A stretch of 56,096 bases of DNA, counting the filler, from Bipalium vagum (lineage: Eukaryota): NCBI GenBank assembly GCA_037834085.1. It is 3 parts of 3 records of this genome, joined end to end, with 100 filler letters (N's around TTAATTAATTAA, not from the genome) between each part and the next. Parts side by side here need not be neighbours in the genome. Positions count along the whole stretch, not along the records: positions 1 to 16,095 come from JBBMKC010127480.1; 2 more parts are not named here. The stretch is one strand, 5' to 3'. This document shows positions 1 through 12,931 of this stretch, piece by piece. Within the stretch, counting starts at the first letter, position 1. Each line of letters begins with the position of its first letter. A program made the position numbers and the translations under genes. The notes under the pieces are model-generated. The model saw only the letters and a program-made list of their open reading frames with translations, made no database searches and was not told the DNA's origin.

Positions 1-3000
1 TTTATTGACATATCATAACACATTTTAAAAAATACACGGCTTTTTACTGCGACAATTTCATCGTGGACAAGCTTTATCATCAAATGGAATCCATTATAGA
101 TCGTTTTTTAGTCAAATTTTAGAGTAAATACACCAAACTTTTTTTAAAATTTTACCACCTCTTTTATGCATTCTTTATGAAATAGCAGTGATTTAAAATT
201 TACAGAAAGTCATCTCTTCAAGGAAGGCCTCAATTTTGGAGATCTAATGCTAATATAATAAAATTAAATAAAAAAAGATATTCCATGATCATTAGTTTTA
301 ATGCAATATATTAAATCATGTAAAGTGCTCAATTTTATTTCGATAAAAGAAACCATAGTTACGGATTTTCAGAATAATCAAAATGGCAGTTGAATTTACT
401 TTTAAAATTATATTTCTTTAAAAACTGCATTGGAATATGGTTCTAAGATTCGGCAGTGTATAGCAGATTTTAAAACGAAATGACATGGAAATCGATTTTC
501 TTAGCTAAAGATACTCTTAGTAATTAAATTAAATTTTTATTTTAATTATTTAAAAGAAAAAAATTAAAATAAAATATTGAAAAATACCTTTTTATCAAAG
601 GAAATTTGATGTTCATCTGGAAAAGAATGCCAAATTATAAATAAAATAATTTTTTACTCAAAGTTTTACTTGCTGGATGAGGTGGGCTGAAAATACAATT
701 TTATTTTTTAATTATAAAAGATAATTTAAAATAATTTTATACCACGTTCGTGGCAAAAGTCTTGTCACATTCAGGAAAACTACTAAATAACGGAAGTTAC
801 TCTAAATCTTATTTATCGATGTACATTAATGATAAATTGAAGTTTAGTTCTCAACAACTGAAACTAGTGGGTTAGGTCAACGGGATATAGTTTTTGCAAA
901 ACATCTGTCACCTATGTTTTCAATTTATCTGTGAACTGAAAACTTCGAAAAGTATTTATTTCGTTCTAGTTTGGCAAACACCCATCAATCGGGCATATTA
1001 AATTCTGGACTGTAACTTCCATATCTCAAAAAATAGAAAGACAGATGAATTTCACACTTGAAAAATTACTCTAAATTTTACAATGACTGCAGCAAAACAC
1101 ATTATTATTGGTGTAAAAAATGAGTTAATAATATTACACTAAGTCATTCACTAAATGATAAAATATCTTTATGGGTAAACATATTATATTATATTAATAA
1201 TTTTTCAATGAAAAGACTTTTGGACGGTAACAGTATTAATTAATGAATATGATGTTTATAAGAAGTAAAGATTTAATTATACATGGTGTTTATTATGTAT
1301 GTTATCATACTTTCATTTTAAATATTTTAACAAACTATAAATATAAAAAGAAGGTAATACTTTTTTATTTGAATAACATATATTTAAAATCAAATAAAAT
1401 ATTTTATTGTATAATTTGATGCTCGTTGATAGCTAGGCAATGACTTAATCGAGACAGTACATTTAGACATGCTTGCTGGCACATTCCAGTATCTACTTCA
1501 TTACAAGCATGACTGATTTTATCCTTCAGCTTAGCGATTGTATGAAGTCTGTCTCTGTACAAATTTTGTTTTAGATATCCCCTCAAGAAAAAGCCTGGCG
1601 GAGTTAGATCGGGCGAACGAGGAGGCCATTCAATTGGACCTCGTCTTCCAATCCAGCGATTTAAGAACTTTTTGTCTAGCCAGTTCCTGGCTTTTTGCGA
1701 ATAGTGCCCAGGTGCCCCATCATGTTGTAAGTACTTACGACCTCTTGTTATTCTAGGTCATAAAAACTTTTCCAGCATCTCCAGGTATGACTCACCAGTT
1801 ACTGTATTTTCGAAGAAGTATGGCCCAATAATACCTTGTGAACTTAAACCACACCACACCGTTATCCAAACCCTGGAGTTTCTAACAGGAATTGTTATTT
1901 TAGGGTTAGAGTAAGACCAATAGCAGCAATTGTGGCGGTTAACAACTACATTGAGCATGAACTTACTCTAGTCTGACCATATTATCATGTTGACCAAGGA
2001 AGAGTCATTTTGGAATTGTGCCAACATTGTCTGACAAAATTCCATTCTTCGGTCAAAGTCGACATCGCTGATTTCAATTACGGTTGACGATTTAAATGAA
2101 TAAAAGCCTGTTTCATTAATTGCCTTTTAATAACTGCTTACAGTCATGTCAAGTTCCGTAGCACCCTGCCGAACTGACAAATTGCTAGATTCCTCAACCA
2201 ATTATTTCCCTCTGAATTTTTTTCGTTGTTAATACTGAACGAGGTCATTTTACTTGGTCATGAACATTTCCAGTCTTCTTAAACTTTTCCACTATTTTTT
2301 TTAATTGTTTGCCTACTTGGTGGTGGACTGATAAACTTCTTTCTCTAATGCCTAATTACTTTTTCAAAATTATCAAATTTGGAGTTCCATACAACAATTT
2401 GAATTCTTTCTTCCATCGATAAAGGCAAAGCCATTTTTTTAAAAATTAACTAAATTGATTATTAAAATTTTAATCCATATAAACAAATTAGTAATACCTT
2501 TATTTTTTGACTTGTAATTAACATACATAAAATAATAAACACCCTGTATATGGATAAAATAAGAAATATAATAAAAAAGTTTAAGTTTTATTTAATATAA
2601 AAATGAAATTTTCCGTAATTAAAATTAGTATCATATAAATATAAAAGTAAGTACCTTATCATCATCTTTTTCGAAAACTTTCTTATAAATCATTTCAGAA
2701 CGTTCAACATAAAGACGAAGAAAATTTATAGAAAATAGTTGACAGTTATTTTTAATTTACTTAGAATATTTCTTAAAATTTTTAGTTTTACTCAAGTCTA
2801 CTTAATATTTAAAATAAACATATTTACATTTAATATTTGTTAAGATGCGTCACTTTATAATTTTACAATAATAAAATATAAATATAATTTTGAGTTCAAA
2901 ATAATAATACATATATTATGCACAATCATATATGACAATTGAGATGCTGGTATATATGATACCTATTATATGAAAATGAATAAAAACTTAACATTCAGAC

Positions 3001-3048
3001 ATACTCATCTTTGAATCCAGAAGCTATCATCATACTCTTGGATAAATC
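1..3048 (-). CDS. Probable multi-exon host gene fragment (unknown product), running off the left edge of the window
   Basis: Several AG..GT-bounded segments on the minus strand have compatible phases: ~780-743 FLNVTRLLPRT, ~687-659 PPHPASKTL, ~617-588 EHQISFDKK, ~503-362 LRKSISMSFRFKICYTLPNLRTIFQCSFLKKYNF. Further candidates lie at 2655-2730 and 3005-3048, but they do not join cleanly. No homology recognised. Confidence 0.35.
1282..2546 (-). mobile_element. Decayed Tc1/mariner-superfamily transposon of rosa/DD41D (DUF4817 HTH) type
   Basis: TIRs CATGGTGTTTATTATGTATGTT (1282) and AACATACATAAAATAATAAACACCCTG (ending 2546), both flanked by TA. The frameshifted transposase (2434 to 1404) shows IWSD*SKFMLN..NRHNCCYWS, VWCGLSSQGIIGPYFF and WPPRSPDLTPPGFF..GYLK motifs. 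Confidence 0.9.
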
Positions 3049-3716
3049 TATAATTAAAAAACAATAATTAAAAACAATATTGATTTAATTTATTTATTGA
3101 TAATTTATTTATCAATAGTGTTAAAATTTAGATTTAAAGAAGAATTTTTTTCAGTTATAAATAAATAATTAATTTAATATTGGTTTTTTCCAGGGTTAAT
3201 TGTTATCATTAAGTAACTTAGTTTTATGATTTTGATTTATAAATAATTTATAAATAATCAAAATTTTATAATAAAATATTTTTGGAACATTTTTATTTTA
3301 TTATTTGTTGGTGTGGTGGTCATATTATTTACTGCAACTTTATCTGCATTTACGCAATTCATTTAGCCAAAATTGATTACAATATTTATTTGATGAAAAT
3401 AATTTGGTGTTTTTTTTAAAATATTAATTTAAATAAATTAATCATCTAATAAAAGTTTATTAATATTAATTTAATTAATTAATTTTTTTAATAAAACTTT
3501 AAATATATTTTAATTATCAAAAATTATGTAAATCGTTTAAATTAAAGATTAAATTTTATTATATTAAATAAAATAATTAGGAATTATTTTTTATTTAATA
3601 TTAATTAAAATTTAATCCTTAGAGTACGTAATTATTTCCATAAAGAGACTTATTCATTTACACATGAAAGGGTTCATAAATATCGGATAATTATAATAAG
3701 ATTATGAAGAGTAATA

Positions 3717-6700
3717 TTATTCACTTGAATTGAGTTCCGTAAGCTTTTCGTTGAATTCTTTACGCATTTTTTTCAATTCTCGATCTATTTCTTCGGAAAC
3801 ATTGAAACTAAATAGAAAACACTTTCTACAATTCAAGCTGTTTTTTACGATTTCAAAGAGTTAACACATAAAACATTTAATGACAACTATTGATCTTAAT
3901 TGAGGAAAGGATGATTTAATATTTATTAAAATTTTTTTAGTTTTAATTATAACATATATAATTTATGAAACTTGGTCACTTCAGATCTAGGAGTCCTTCA
4001 GTTATTTATTTTGTGATTTCTGTGCCTTTTTTCTGACCTCCAAACAAGTAGATTAAAAATTAATGAATGCTCAGAGTTTCCTCTGACTACCGTGGTTCGT
4101 GCACTCTGAAATCATTAGGAATAAACAGACAGTTAACAAGGATTAATAGGTGGAAGTTATGAATGTTAACTATAAAATATTTTTTGTAAGTGGAAAAAAA
4201 TTTGGAGAGGAAATTTCTGGATTGTGCACCATGTGCCATTTCAGAACGCTGTAGTTGTGCGAACGTTTTTGGTTAAAATCAAAACAATTATCATTCAACA
4301 TACTCCATACAGTCCTGTTATGTATCCATTTTACTTATTTTACTTTCCAAAAATAAAATCACAAATAGCGATGACGATGTGAAGAAAAAATCGCTTCATA
4401 ATAATCACAGAACATGACTTTAAGTGTTGTATAGATGATTTGGTGAATGTTTGGTATATGCATATATCGCTTTAGCTAGGGTCTATTTTGTAGATGATAA
4501 AATAAATTTGGATGCTTAGTCAATTTCTTTTGTTTTATTTAAAAATTCCGGTAACTTTTCTAACAGAATATATTAACTTTTATTTTATCTTTATTTACAA
4601 AAATACTTAATAAAAAGGTAAATAATTGATTCTTATTAAAAAAGTAACTTAAATTATTAACGAAAAATACACTATTATTTTGATACATTCATTAAAACAA
4701 ATTATTATTTATAATTAATTATCATAATTATTTAAGTCTTTATCATTTAAGTAAAAATGATTAAAATTTAAAGTATTTTTAGAATTTTATCTAAATTTTA
4801 TGGTAACATCAACAATGCAATTTACAAAAATAATCTATCAAAAATGATTGTACTTAACAAAGATTGTAATACAAATCAATAGTGATAATGTGCTTTGAAC
4901 ACTACAAGAAATAAAAATAAAATAAAAAATTTATGAAATATGACAATTACTTTTGGGTTTTAGGTTTCAATCTTTGGGTCTAAATTAATTGTTCTAATCA
5001 ATAACTTGATCTAAATTTAATGACCTGATCTTGTATTTCAGATCTTTTTCCATTATTTTTATCTGGTGGTGAAATTGTAGAATAAATCGGGTCCATTTTG
5101 GAATCTTTAGACTGGTCGTAAAAATATTCATTTGAATTATATTTTTATGAAAAAAAATATTTAAATAAATAAAATATAACCAATATTTTACACTTTAAAA
5201 ATAACTGTTAAACCTGATCAATAAACTTTTTAGAAATGAATGAGTGTTTAAATCTAAGTGATATCTCATTGCAAGTCTTGTCTATTTCTTTAGGCCTCAA
5301 TTATTTTTATTCACTAAAGTTAATATATCTAATTTCGATGAAATACGAGAGATTTTCATTATGTTGGTATGAGGTGCCCAAATTCGGTTATATTGAAGCA
5401 GTCGAAAAATCAAAATATTAATGAATTATATATCGATAATTCACCAACTTTTTTAGTGGTAACTGAAATTTTAAAATAATGAAGTTTGTATTATAAAATT
5501 TCTTATAGCTTTAAAGTATTTTTTACTAATTTTTAAAATATTTGTCATCACTTCAAAGAAAAATCATTAATGAAAATAGATTTTTCTTATTGAAAAATAT
5601 TATTCTGAATAGAATGAAAATTGTATGATCAGCTCGTTCCATAAGTGTTTACGGTTTTTCATTGACTATTATTTATCGTTGTTTTTCTAAATCTAGTTGA
5701 TTTATTAATATGAAAGTCCTTTATGATATATCATGAAATTAGATTATTCATTTCCATTTGTTTTTATAAAAATAAATTTACTAAATTATCATTTTTATTG
5801 AGGACCTTTACAGAAGAAATGATTCGAATATGTATGCTATATGGTTTTAAATGTAGACTAGAATAATTGTCAGACAGTCCTGTGGCAGGCTAAGGATGGT
5901 AGTGGTCGATCATCCATGTATAGGTACATGTAAAAAACGGTTCAGAAAGTTTCACAAGAAAGATTAAGATCTTCAGGACAAATCAAAATCGGGTTGACTC
6001 ATCGAAACAAAAAAGGATGAACTAAAAAAACTTGTGCAAGAAGATCCCCGTCAAAGAATGTTGGAATTGGCCAAACTCACTGAATTTCCAAAACAACTGT
6101 CTATCGATATCTGGCTAAAATGGAAAAAAACTTTAATTGTGGTTCCAACAAGTGCTCAACACCATTTAAGTGAACAGTATCTTTTAAATCGAGTGACAAT
6201 TTGTATGTCATTGTTTTTTCCCTATGATTTATACCTATTTCCTAAGAGAATTACAATTTGTGATGAGAAATGAGTTTTTAATTCCAATGTTGACTGAAAA
6301 AATAAAGGTTACGTGTTGTTCAACAACCGATTCTAACACTAAACCGGGTCTTCATGCGATAAAAATTTTTCTCTCTGCAACGGGATATGAAAGATATAAT
6401 ATATTTAGAGCTTCTGGAAATGACTAAAACTATTACCAATGATGTCTACTGTAGGAAATTAGATCGACATCATGATAGGTTAACAAGTATGAGATCATCT
6501 CTGCCCAACCGAAAAGACGTTATTCTTCAATAAGATAACACAAAACCCACACACCTAAAGCAATGAGAAGAAAACTGAAAAAGTTTTTTGGGAATTCTTG
6601 CTCACTCACCATGCAGTCCAGATATATCACCGACAGATTATCATCTGTTCAGATCATTGTATCAATTTTTGAAGAAAAAGGAAATGCTATCTCCGCGTTT

Positions 6701-7603
6701 TATGGCGAAAAGGACCAAAATTTCTTCAAAGACGGAATTAAACTTCTACCTGAACGCTGACAGACCATAGTTGATAACGATTGGCATTATACTAGTGATT
6801 AAAGTATTTGCGTGTTTTATAAAATACATTTTTATTCTATATATTTTCGTAAAGACTTGTGGAACGACCTAATGTCATTTTTACTTTATTCAAAAAAAAA
6901 GTTAAAGTTTTATTACCGTTTGATTTTTAAAATAGTCGGAAGCCTTTTCTCGGTTATCAAATATATCTAAATATATTGGCGATGTGCAAAGTGAGGGAGA
7001 CTGGATTTTCTGATAGTCTGAATTCATATCGACGGATATTTTTTCATCGTTCTGTAAAAAAATTATTAAAATAAATAAATATAAAAACAAAAAAATTTAT
7101 GGAGAAAATAATAAATTAATCAAAGTTTTCGAAATCAATTTAAACAAAAATATTATGCAAATAAAAATTAAATTTTGATACGTAGATATTTCCAAAACAG
7201 TTTATCACTGAATAATAATTAACTATTATGTGAATATTATTTTCATATTTAAGAAATAAATGTACATATTTATTTCGTTTCATTCAGGACCATTACTCTT
7301 ATCGTTAAATAGAAACGGCTAATGAGAATTTAAAGAATAATGATGACATCTTCATTTGTCTGTCAATATCAACATTATTTACTAATAAATTGAGGTTTGT
7401 CTACTATTTTGTTTTACTAATATATCACAATTTTTTAAAATAATTCTTAAAACAGTCAATCAAATTTTTATAATAGTAACAATATTTAATATTTTAATAT
7501 TGATAATATCATAATAATAATATATAATAATTATAATAATATAATTATCAAAATATTATAATAAGATATTATTCAATTTTCATTTTTTAACATATTCAAA
7601 ATT

Positions 7604-7685
<82 letters not shown>

Positions 7686-10381
7686 TTATCATATTCAACA
7701 CCCATTCAGATGTTTATTATATAGTTTACAAGACAATTATGAATAAAATTAAATTATTACAAACAGGAAAACTAATAATGTCAACTTTTATTAAATTTCC
7801 GTTTCAGCTTTTATTTTCTACAAAGGAAATTGAGATTTATGACTTGTAATTTTATTATTTTTATTTTATGAAAAATGAACAATCATGTCAGTAAGGAATA
7901 TTATTTTTTTAATTTAAAGAAATAATAATACAATCAAAAGAAAGTATAAAAAATAAAAACATGAGAAAAATTACTTCAATTTAAATGTTTTTCATTTTTC
8001 AATTATTTCTAAATCTTTCAAATCCAAAAATTCAAGATGAAAATAAATCCATGATAAATTGTGAATCAAAGACAACCACTCCCCTTTGTCATTATAAATA
8101 TTTTAAAATAAATTTTCATTAGTTTTAATTTTATTAAATTTGAATTAGAATATCAGGATAAATCAAGTCTTACCTCATCTTAGTATCTCTATCATAGTTT
8201 AAATATTTCAAATGGATAATAAATAAATAAATTAATGTATTTTAATATATCGATTTATAGGTTTTTTATTGTAGAATTTAATTTCATATATAAATTAAGG
8301 CTTCATTTATTTTTAGTTAGTATTTGTTTCTATATTGAGTTAGAAAACAACAAAAACGAATCATTTTGAGATACCTTTGGAAAAAAATCCTCATTACCAA
8401 AGCTGTAGCTGAAGAAATATCTTCTATAGGAGGCAATAAAGTGATTGATAGACGCTTTAAAAAAGAAGATGTAAATACTGGTTAAACTTCTTTCCGACCG
8501 GTAATCCTTGGTGGACGACAATACTTTACAGACAATAGTCGTAAATGTTTCACATTAAAGCACGATAGGCTCAAATTAAAAAAATGGATAACGTGGAATC
8601 ATTTCCACATCTGGACGTAACTATTTCCACATAAGCGCTTTTAGACTATGGGTTATTGTGGTCTACAGCTGCTTTTTTCGGGATCGCCGATTTAAAACAG
8701 TGGAAGAGATCGAATAGGCTTGTCTTGAAATTTTTTACCTCCAAACCAAGAAGTGATATTTTCATCAGATTCGAAAAAAAATGGCTTAAAGTTTTTGAAA
8801 GCAAAAGATTATATTTCGAAAATCTTTTTTATTTTCATATACATTTAAATAAATATTGTTTTGTGAGAGAAGACTTGATACATCCTAATAAAGAGTTTTT
8901 TTATCAAGCAGTCAGTCACTGTAAAACAAACAAAATGCAAATTGTATTTTACTATAAATATAAAATCAATATTACAACATGGCAACTTAACAAAAATAAA
9001 TAAAAATAAATTTTTACTTTAAAATATTAGGTGTACAAATAAGTTTATATTTTTAAAGTAATCTTGAATACTATTTAATTTTTTGTAAAACTTTTTTATT
9101 TTAAAGTATTTTATCGGGTTTTTTTATTAATCTATTAATAATCTATATCTAAACGTCATATTTTATATATAAAAATTATGAATAACAAAGTCTTTACACG
9201 GAACTGCATTCGCTATGAATTTTAAATGGAAATTCATATTTGCCACTGCCTATGCATTTATATGTGCCGTAGTTCAAGATGATATTGTTTCCTAAAGTAC
9301 TTATGAATTTTTGTTTCAAGATTTTGGGCAGGACGTTGCGACGTGAACGACCATGAACACATCTGGCTCCTTCTAACGCTTCTTTTTCTGCTAGATAAAT
9401 TCATCCCTAACGCAAGAAGAATTTGCTGAAAACCTTGGATTAACGAAACAAACGATTTTCAATCAATTGCGTACCATCAAAAAAATTCAAAAAATTGAAA
9501 GCGGATACTGCATACATTAAGTCAGAAAAATAAAGATGATTTATGAACATGTGTTCCAATCTTCTTACTAAGCAGCATATAAAATTTTTCTTATGAGGAA
9601 TAGAATAGTCACTAGCGGGGAGAAATGGATTGATTAAGAAAATCCTAAAAGACTAAAACATTGGGTAAATCCACTTCAATCAATATAATCTTAATCAAAA
9701 CACCTCAGGATAGATCACTAACACTTGGTTGGGAAGTCTTGCAACATCCAGCGTATAGTTCCGATATCGCTTAAACAGATTATCAATGCAAAATTTCTTG
9801 ACTGATGTACGTTTCAAAAGGCTTGAAGAAATCTAAAAATGGTTGAATGATTTCATCAAGTCAAAGGATGAAAATTTTGGTACACCGGAATTTATTCTTT
9901 GCATAAAAGTGTCGTAATGTGATAGACAATACCGGTGAATTTTTTGAAGACTATCATATTTTTTTAAAAAAAATGTTGAAACTTTTCAAAAAAATCGCTT
10001 TAAAAATTATTTTTACACCTATGATACGAATCACATATCAGCATATCTCACCTTCACATTTAAATTATTTTCATTCTCGAATTTTTGTTGATTTTCTTGT
10101 AGAAATCCATTTACTTTTGTATTTACTGCCAATTTCCTTTCAAGAATAAAATCCGGTTTTGAAATGTATTCTCTATTTTGAACTGAAACCTTTTGATAGG
10201 GATGTTTGAGCCTATCCAACTGATGGAGTGTGTTACGATAAATCTCGAAACTTTGATTGTTGAATTCTGGATTAATATCAAATTCTAGCATCAATTGATC
10301 AATGCTGGAAAAATGAGAAAACACAATTTCAGTGTTGATTAAATAAAAGCATAATATGAATAGTCTTACAACGAAAAACAT
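3717..10381 (-). CDS. Putative multi-exon orphan gene with N-terminal signal peptide (secreted or membrane protein)
   Basis: First exon 10381 to ~10052 starts MFFVVRLFILCFYLINTEIVFS (hydrophobic leader) and ends AAG|GTGAGA. Downstream GT-AG exons: PFFFESDENITSWFG (~8785), NDEKISVDMNSDYQK..KNQT (~7051-6917), KTCNEISLRFKHSFISKKFIDQ (~5280), SKDSKMDPIYSTISPPDK (~5110), VQSTLSLLICITIFV (~4900). Terminal exon FNVSEEIDRELKKMRKEFNEKLTELNSSE* ends at 3717. Joins in 7970-8700 are ambiguous, so this could be two genes. Confidence 0.45.
5629..6872 (+). mobile_element. Decayed full-length mariner (DD34D) transposon
   Basis: Imperfect TIRs TCAGCTCGTTCCATAAGTGTTTACG and CGTAAAGACTTGTGGAACGACCTAA. Frameshifted transposase motifs: KRITICDEK, HSPCSPDISPTDYHLFRSL, FFKDGIKLLPER. 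Confidence 0.9.
7607..7685. repeat. (AAT)n microsatellite, about 26 units
   Basis: Perfect AAT run read directly from the sequence. Confidence 0.97.
9027..10021 (+). mobile_element. Decayed, internally deleted mariner
   Basis: TIRs TTAGGTGTACAAATAA and TTATTTTTACACCTA. Relic motifs: RIVTSGEKWI, LGWEVLQHPAYSSDIA*TDY, VIDNTGEFFED. Confidence 0.85.
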
Positions 10382-10757
10382 ATTTTAATATATTCTTATC
10401 TATTTTAAATGCCTCCATATAGTAATTAAATTAAAAAAAATAATAAAAATTTATTATACTTAAAACTAAATTAGATCCATTAAAACAAAATGAAAAAAAA
10501 TTAAATATAAAATATCTAAGTTATACATTATCAGAACAATTGTACAGACCAGGCTGACAATAATTGAATTAAAATGCCAGAAATTAAATAAGAACCATTG
10601 TTTGAAATTTTTTTATTAGAGTGATTATTTAATAATGATAAAAGCGCCTTTTGTGATACTTGTACATTGTGAATTCATTAATTTATCAAAGTATGGGCAT
10701 GGGAAAAGAAAAAATTAATCAAGTCACCTTTTCTTTTAATTTCAACTATTAATACAT

Positions 10758-11120
10758 AGGGTTGATCCGAAAGTTCCTGGCTCTATATTTGAAGAGTTTT
10801 GATGGCAATGAAAATGTGTTTCTATGGTATGTATGTTAAGCAAATATTTTATTTTATAATTTATTAAATATTGTTTGAATATTGTATCATGTCTCATTAT
10901 GTATTAAATGAAGCACATTGAGTTTTAACTTTTATATTGATTTGTGGCAAGAACAAGTCGAAAAAAGGAATATGCTTTGAAATATTAGGATTATAAGTGA
11001 GAAAATGTGCTGCGTAAGACTCAGAAAATGTGATTGAAGTAGTTGTAAAAAGTGAAATTTGAAAAGAAACGGAAGAGCTACAGACTTTTTAGATTTTGTA
11101 AAACACTGACATTATAGGAT
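10758..11120 (+). mobile_element. Highly decayed mariner 5' fragment
   Basis: TIR-like start TAGGGTTGATCCGAAAGTTCC and weak resemblance to a mariner N-terminal HTH region. Confidence 0.35.
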
Positions 11121-11434
11121 TGGCTCTTGATGGAAAATTGTGAAAATATAGGAAAATCTTTAAAGCTTATTATTAATTGAATTTTAAAAGAGAAAAAGAT
11201 ATTACAATAAAAATATTTTCTTTACATGAAAATTCTAAAATCACTGGAAATCAATTTTTCAACAACTAATTCCAAGTTTTATAGCTAAAATATAAAAAGT
11301 CAAATGATAAGTATACAATTTTTAAGGAATCATGTGTAAAATACATATTAACGTTAATTAAAAGTCTTCAAATATTTTATTATTATAATAAAAAACAATT
11401 TATTTTACAGAAAAATAAAATTTAAATCAATATA

Positions 11435-12565
11435 TCAGATTGGCAGGGAAGTCATGTCGTTTTTCATATAATAATCAAAATCAACAATTTTTTATTCATT
11501 AAAATAACTGCCAGAATTACCCATGATCTTTAACCATCCTTGAGTAGAAGGTTTCACTTTTTGAATAAAAATATTGGTGCAAAATACTTTGATACCCTCC
11601 TCGTCACTAAATGATTCGCCATCCAAAAAATGTTGAAAAGAAAACAGAATAGGTAATAATCTGATGGCGTAATATGTGGGATATACAATTGATGCGGCAG
11701 AACCTCTCAGCCAAGTTGCACAAATTTTTTTCGGACAGTTATAGCGACATGAGGTCTGGTGTTATAGTGCTGCAGAATAACACCTTTTCTGTTAGCTAAT
11801 ACTAGACGTGTATCCATGATTTTTTGACTTAAGCGGGAAATTTGAGCAAAGTATACATCAGCGATGATTTAATATTTAGGAAGCAATCTATAATGGACTG
11901 GACCTCGTTTGTCCCAACAGATGCACAACATTCTTTTATAGACATGAATATTTGGCCTTGTAATAGACGGTAATGGTTGATTAAGTAAGCTATAGGATTT
12001 TTTACGAATCATATTGTCGTACTCAATCCATTTCTTATCACCAGTTAAAAGAATATCGAGAAAAATATTAATTTTGTGGCTATCGATTAGATCAGATCAA
12101 ACATTAAGACGGTTAACGATTAACATTAGTGAGATTATGAGGAATCCATTTGCCGAATTTTTAAGTATATCTGGGAGTCTTGATATGATTTTCAATTGAT
12201 GTGTGAGACACTTTACATTCTTCTACAATTTCTCCGCAGCATGTAAAATCTCTTCGTCAACGCATGTCAGAAGTCCAGAACGTGTACCATCTTCAAATGT
12301 TAAATTACTCTCTCGAAAAAAAGAAAACCACGGCTGCACTTTGTGAACATGAACTGCATCCCATCCAGAAACGGCACACGAATTTTTTGTTGCCAGAACA
12401 GCATTTTTGCCTTATTGGTACTCATAAAGGATACAATAGTGATGAAATGACGCATAAAATCCATTTTATCCTTTTTTCAAACGCTAAAAAAGTTGCTGTG
12501 AACATTGAATTAGACTGCTTTTACTGCATTGTCAACTAATATGGCACCAATTGACAACAACCTAC
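11435..12565 (-). mobile_element. Decayed mariner transposon
   Basis: Minus-strand relic frames read ..FFRESNLTFEDGTRSG.., ILLTGDKKWI, LQHYNTRPHVA and YPTYYAIRLLPI (degenerate YSPDIAPSDYHL). One TIR-like end TCAGATTGGCAGGGAAGTCATGTCG at 11435; the other end is approximate. Confidence 0.85.
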
Positions 12566-12931
12566 TTGAAAAGCATTGCTTTTGAAGATACTGATTCATA
12601 CAAAACACTTACCATATCTGCATGGATTGCCATTGCATTTAAACTTTTTAATGTGAAATTTAATTACTGCCCAGTTCCCCAATTTTTCCATTTTTAAAAC
12701 ATGTGGAATGATTGAATTAATTTTAAATAGCTTTTAAACAGAGAATCAATAAACAGATCGAAATGAGATTGTGAGTAGTTTCTTACATAACATGAAATAT
12801 TAAAATAGTGGTAAATTTTTAGTTTTACTATTGACGGACATATGGTAATCCGCGAACCTATTGAACAAACTGATAGATTATATTATTATTCAATTTTTTC
12901 AATCATTTAATAGGTCAACCATCTTATCTTT

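Noticed and set aside
2650-8200. Non-standard genetic code (in-frame TGA/TAA in some candidate exons, also at ~31240)
   Set aside because: The confidently aligned MIOS exons use TGG for Trp and CAA/CAG for Gln with no in-frame stops. The apparent read-throughs are better explained by wrong exon boundaries or UTR.
12264-12539. Plus-strand ORFs opposite known features (also 16870, 20557, 28015, 30005, 32739)
   Set aside because: Shadow frames antisense to mariner relics or real exons.
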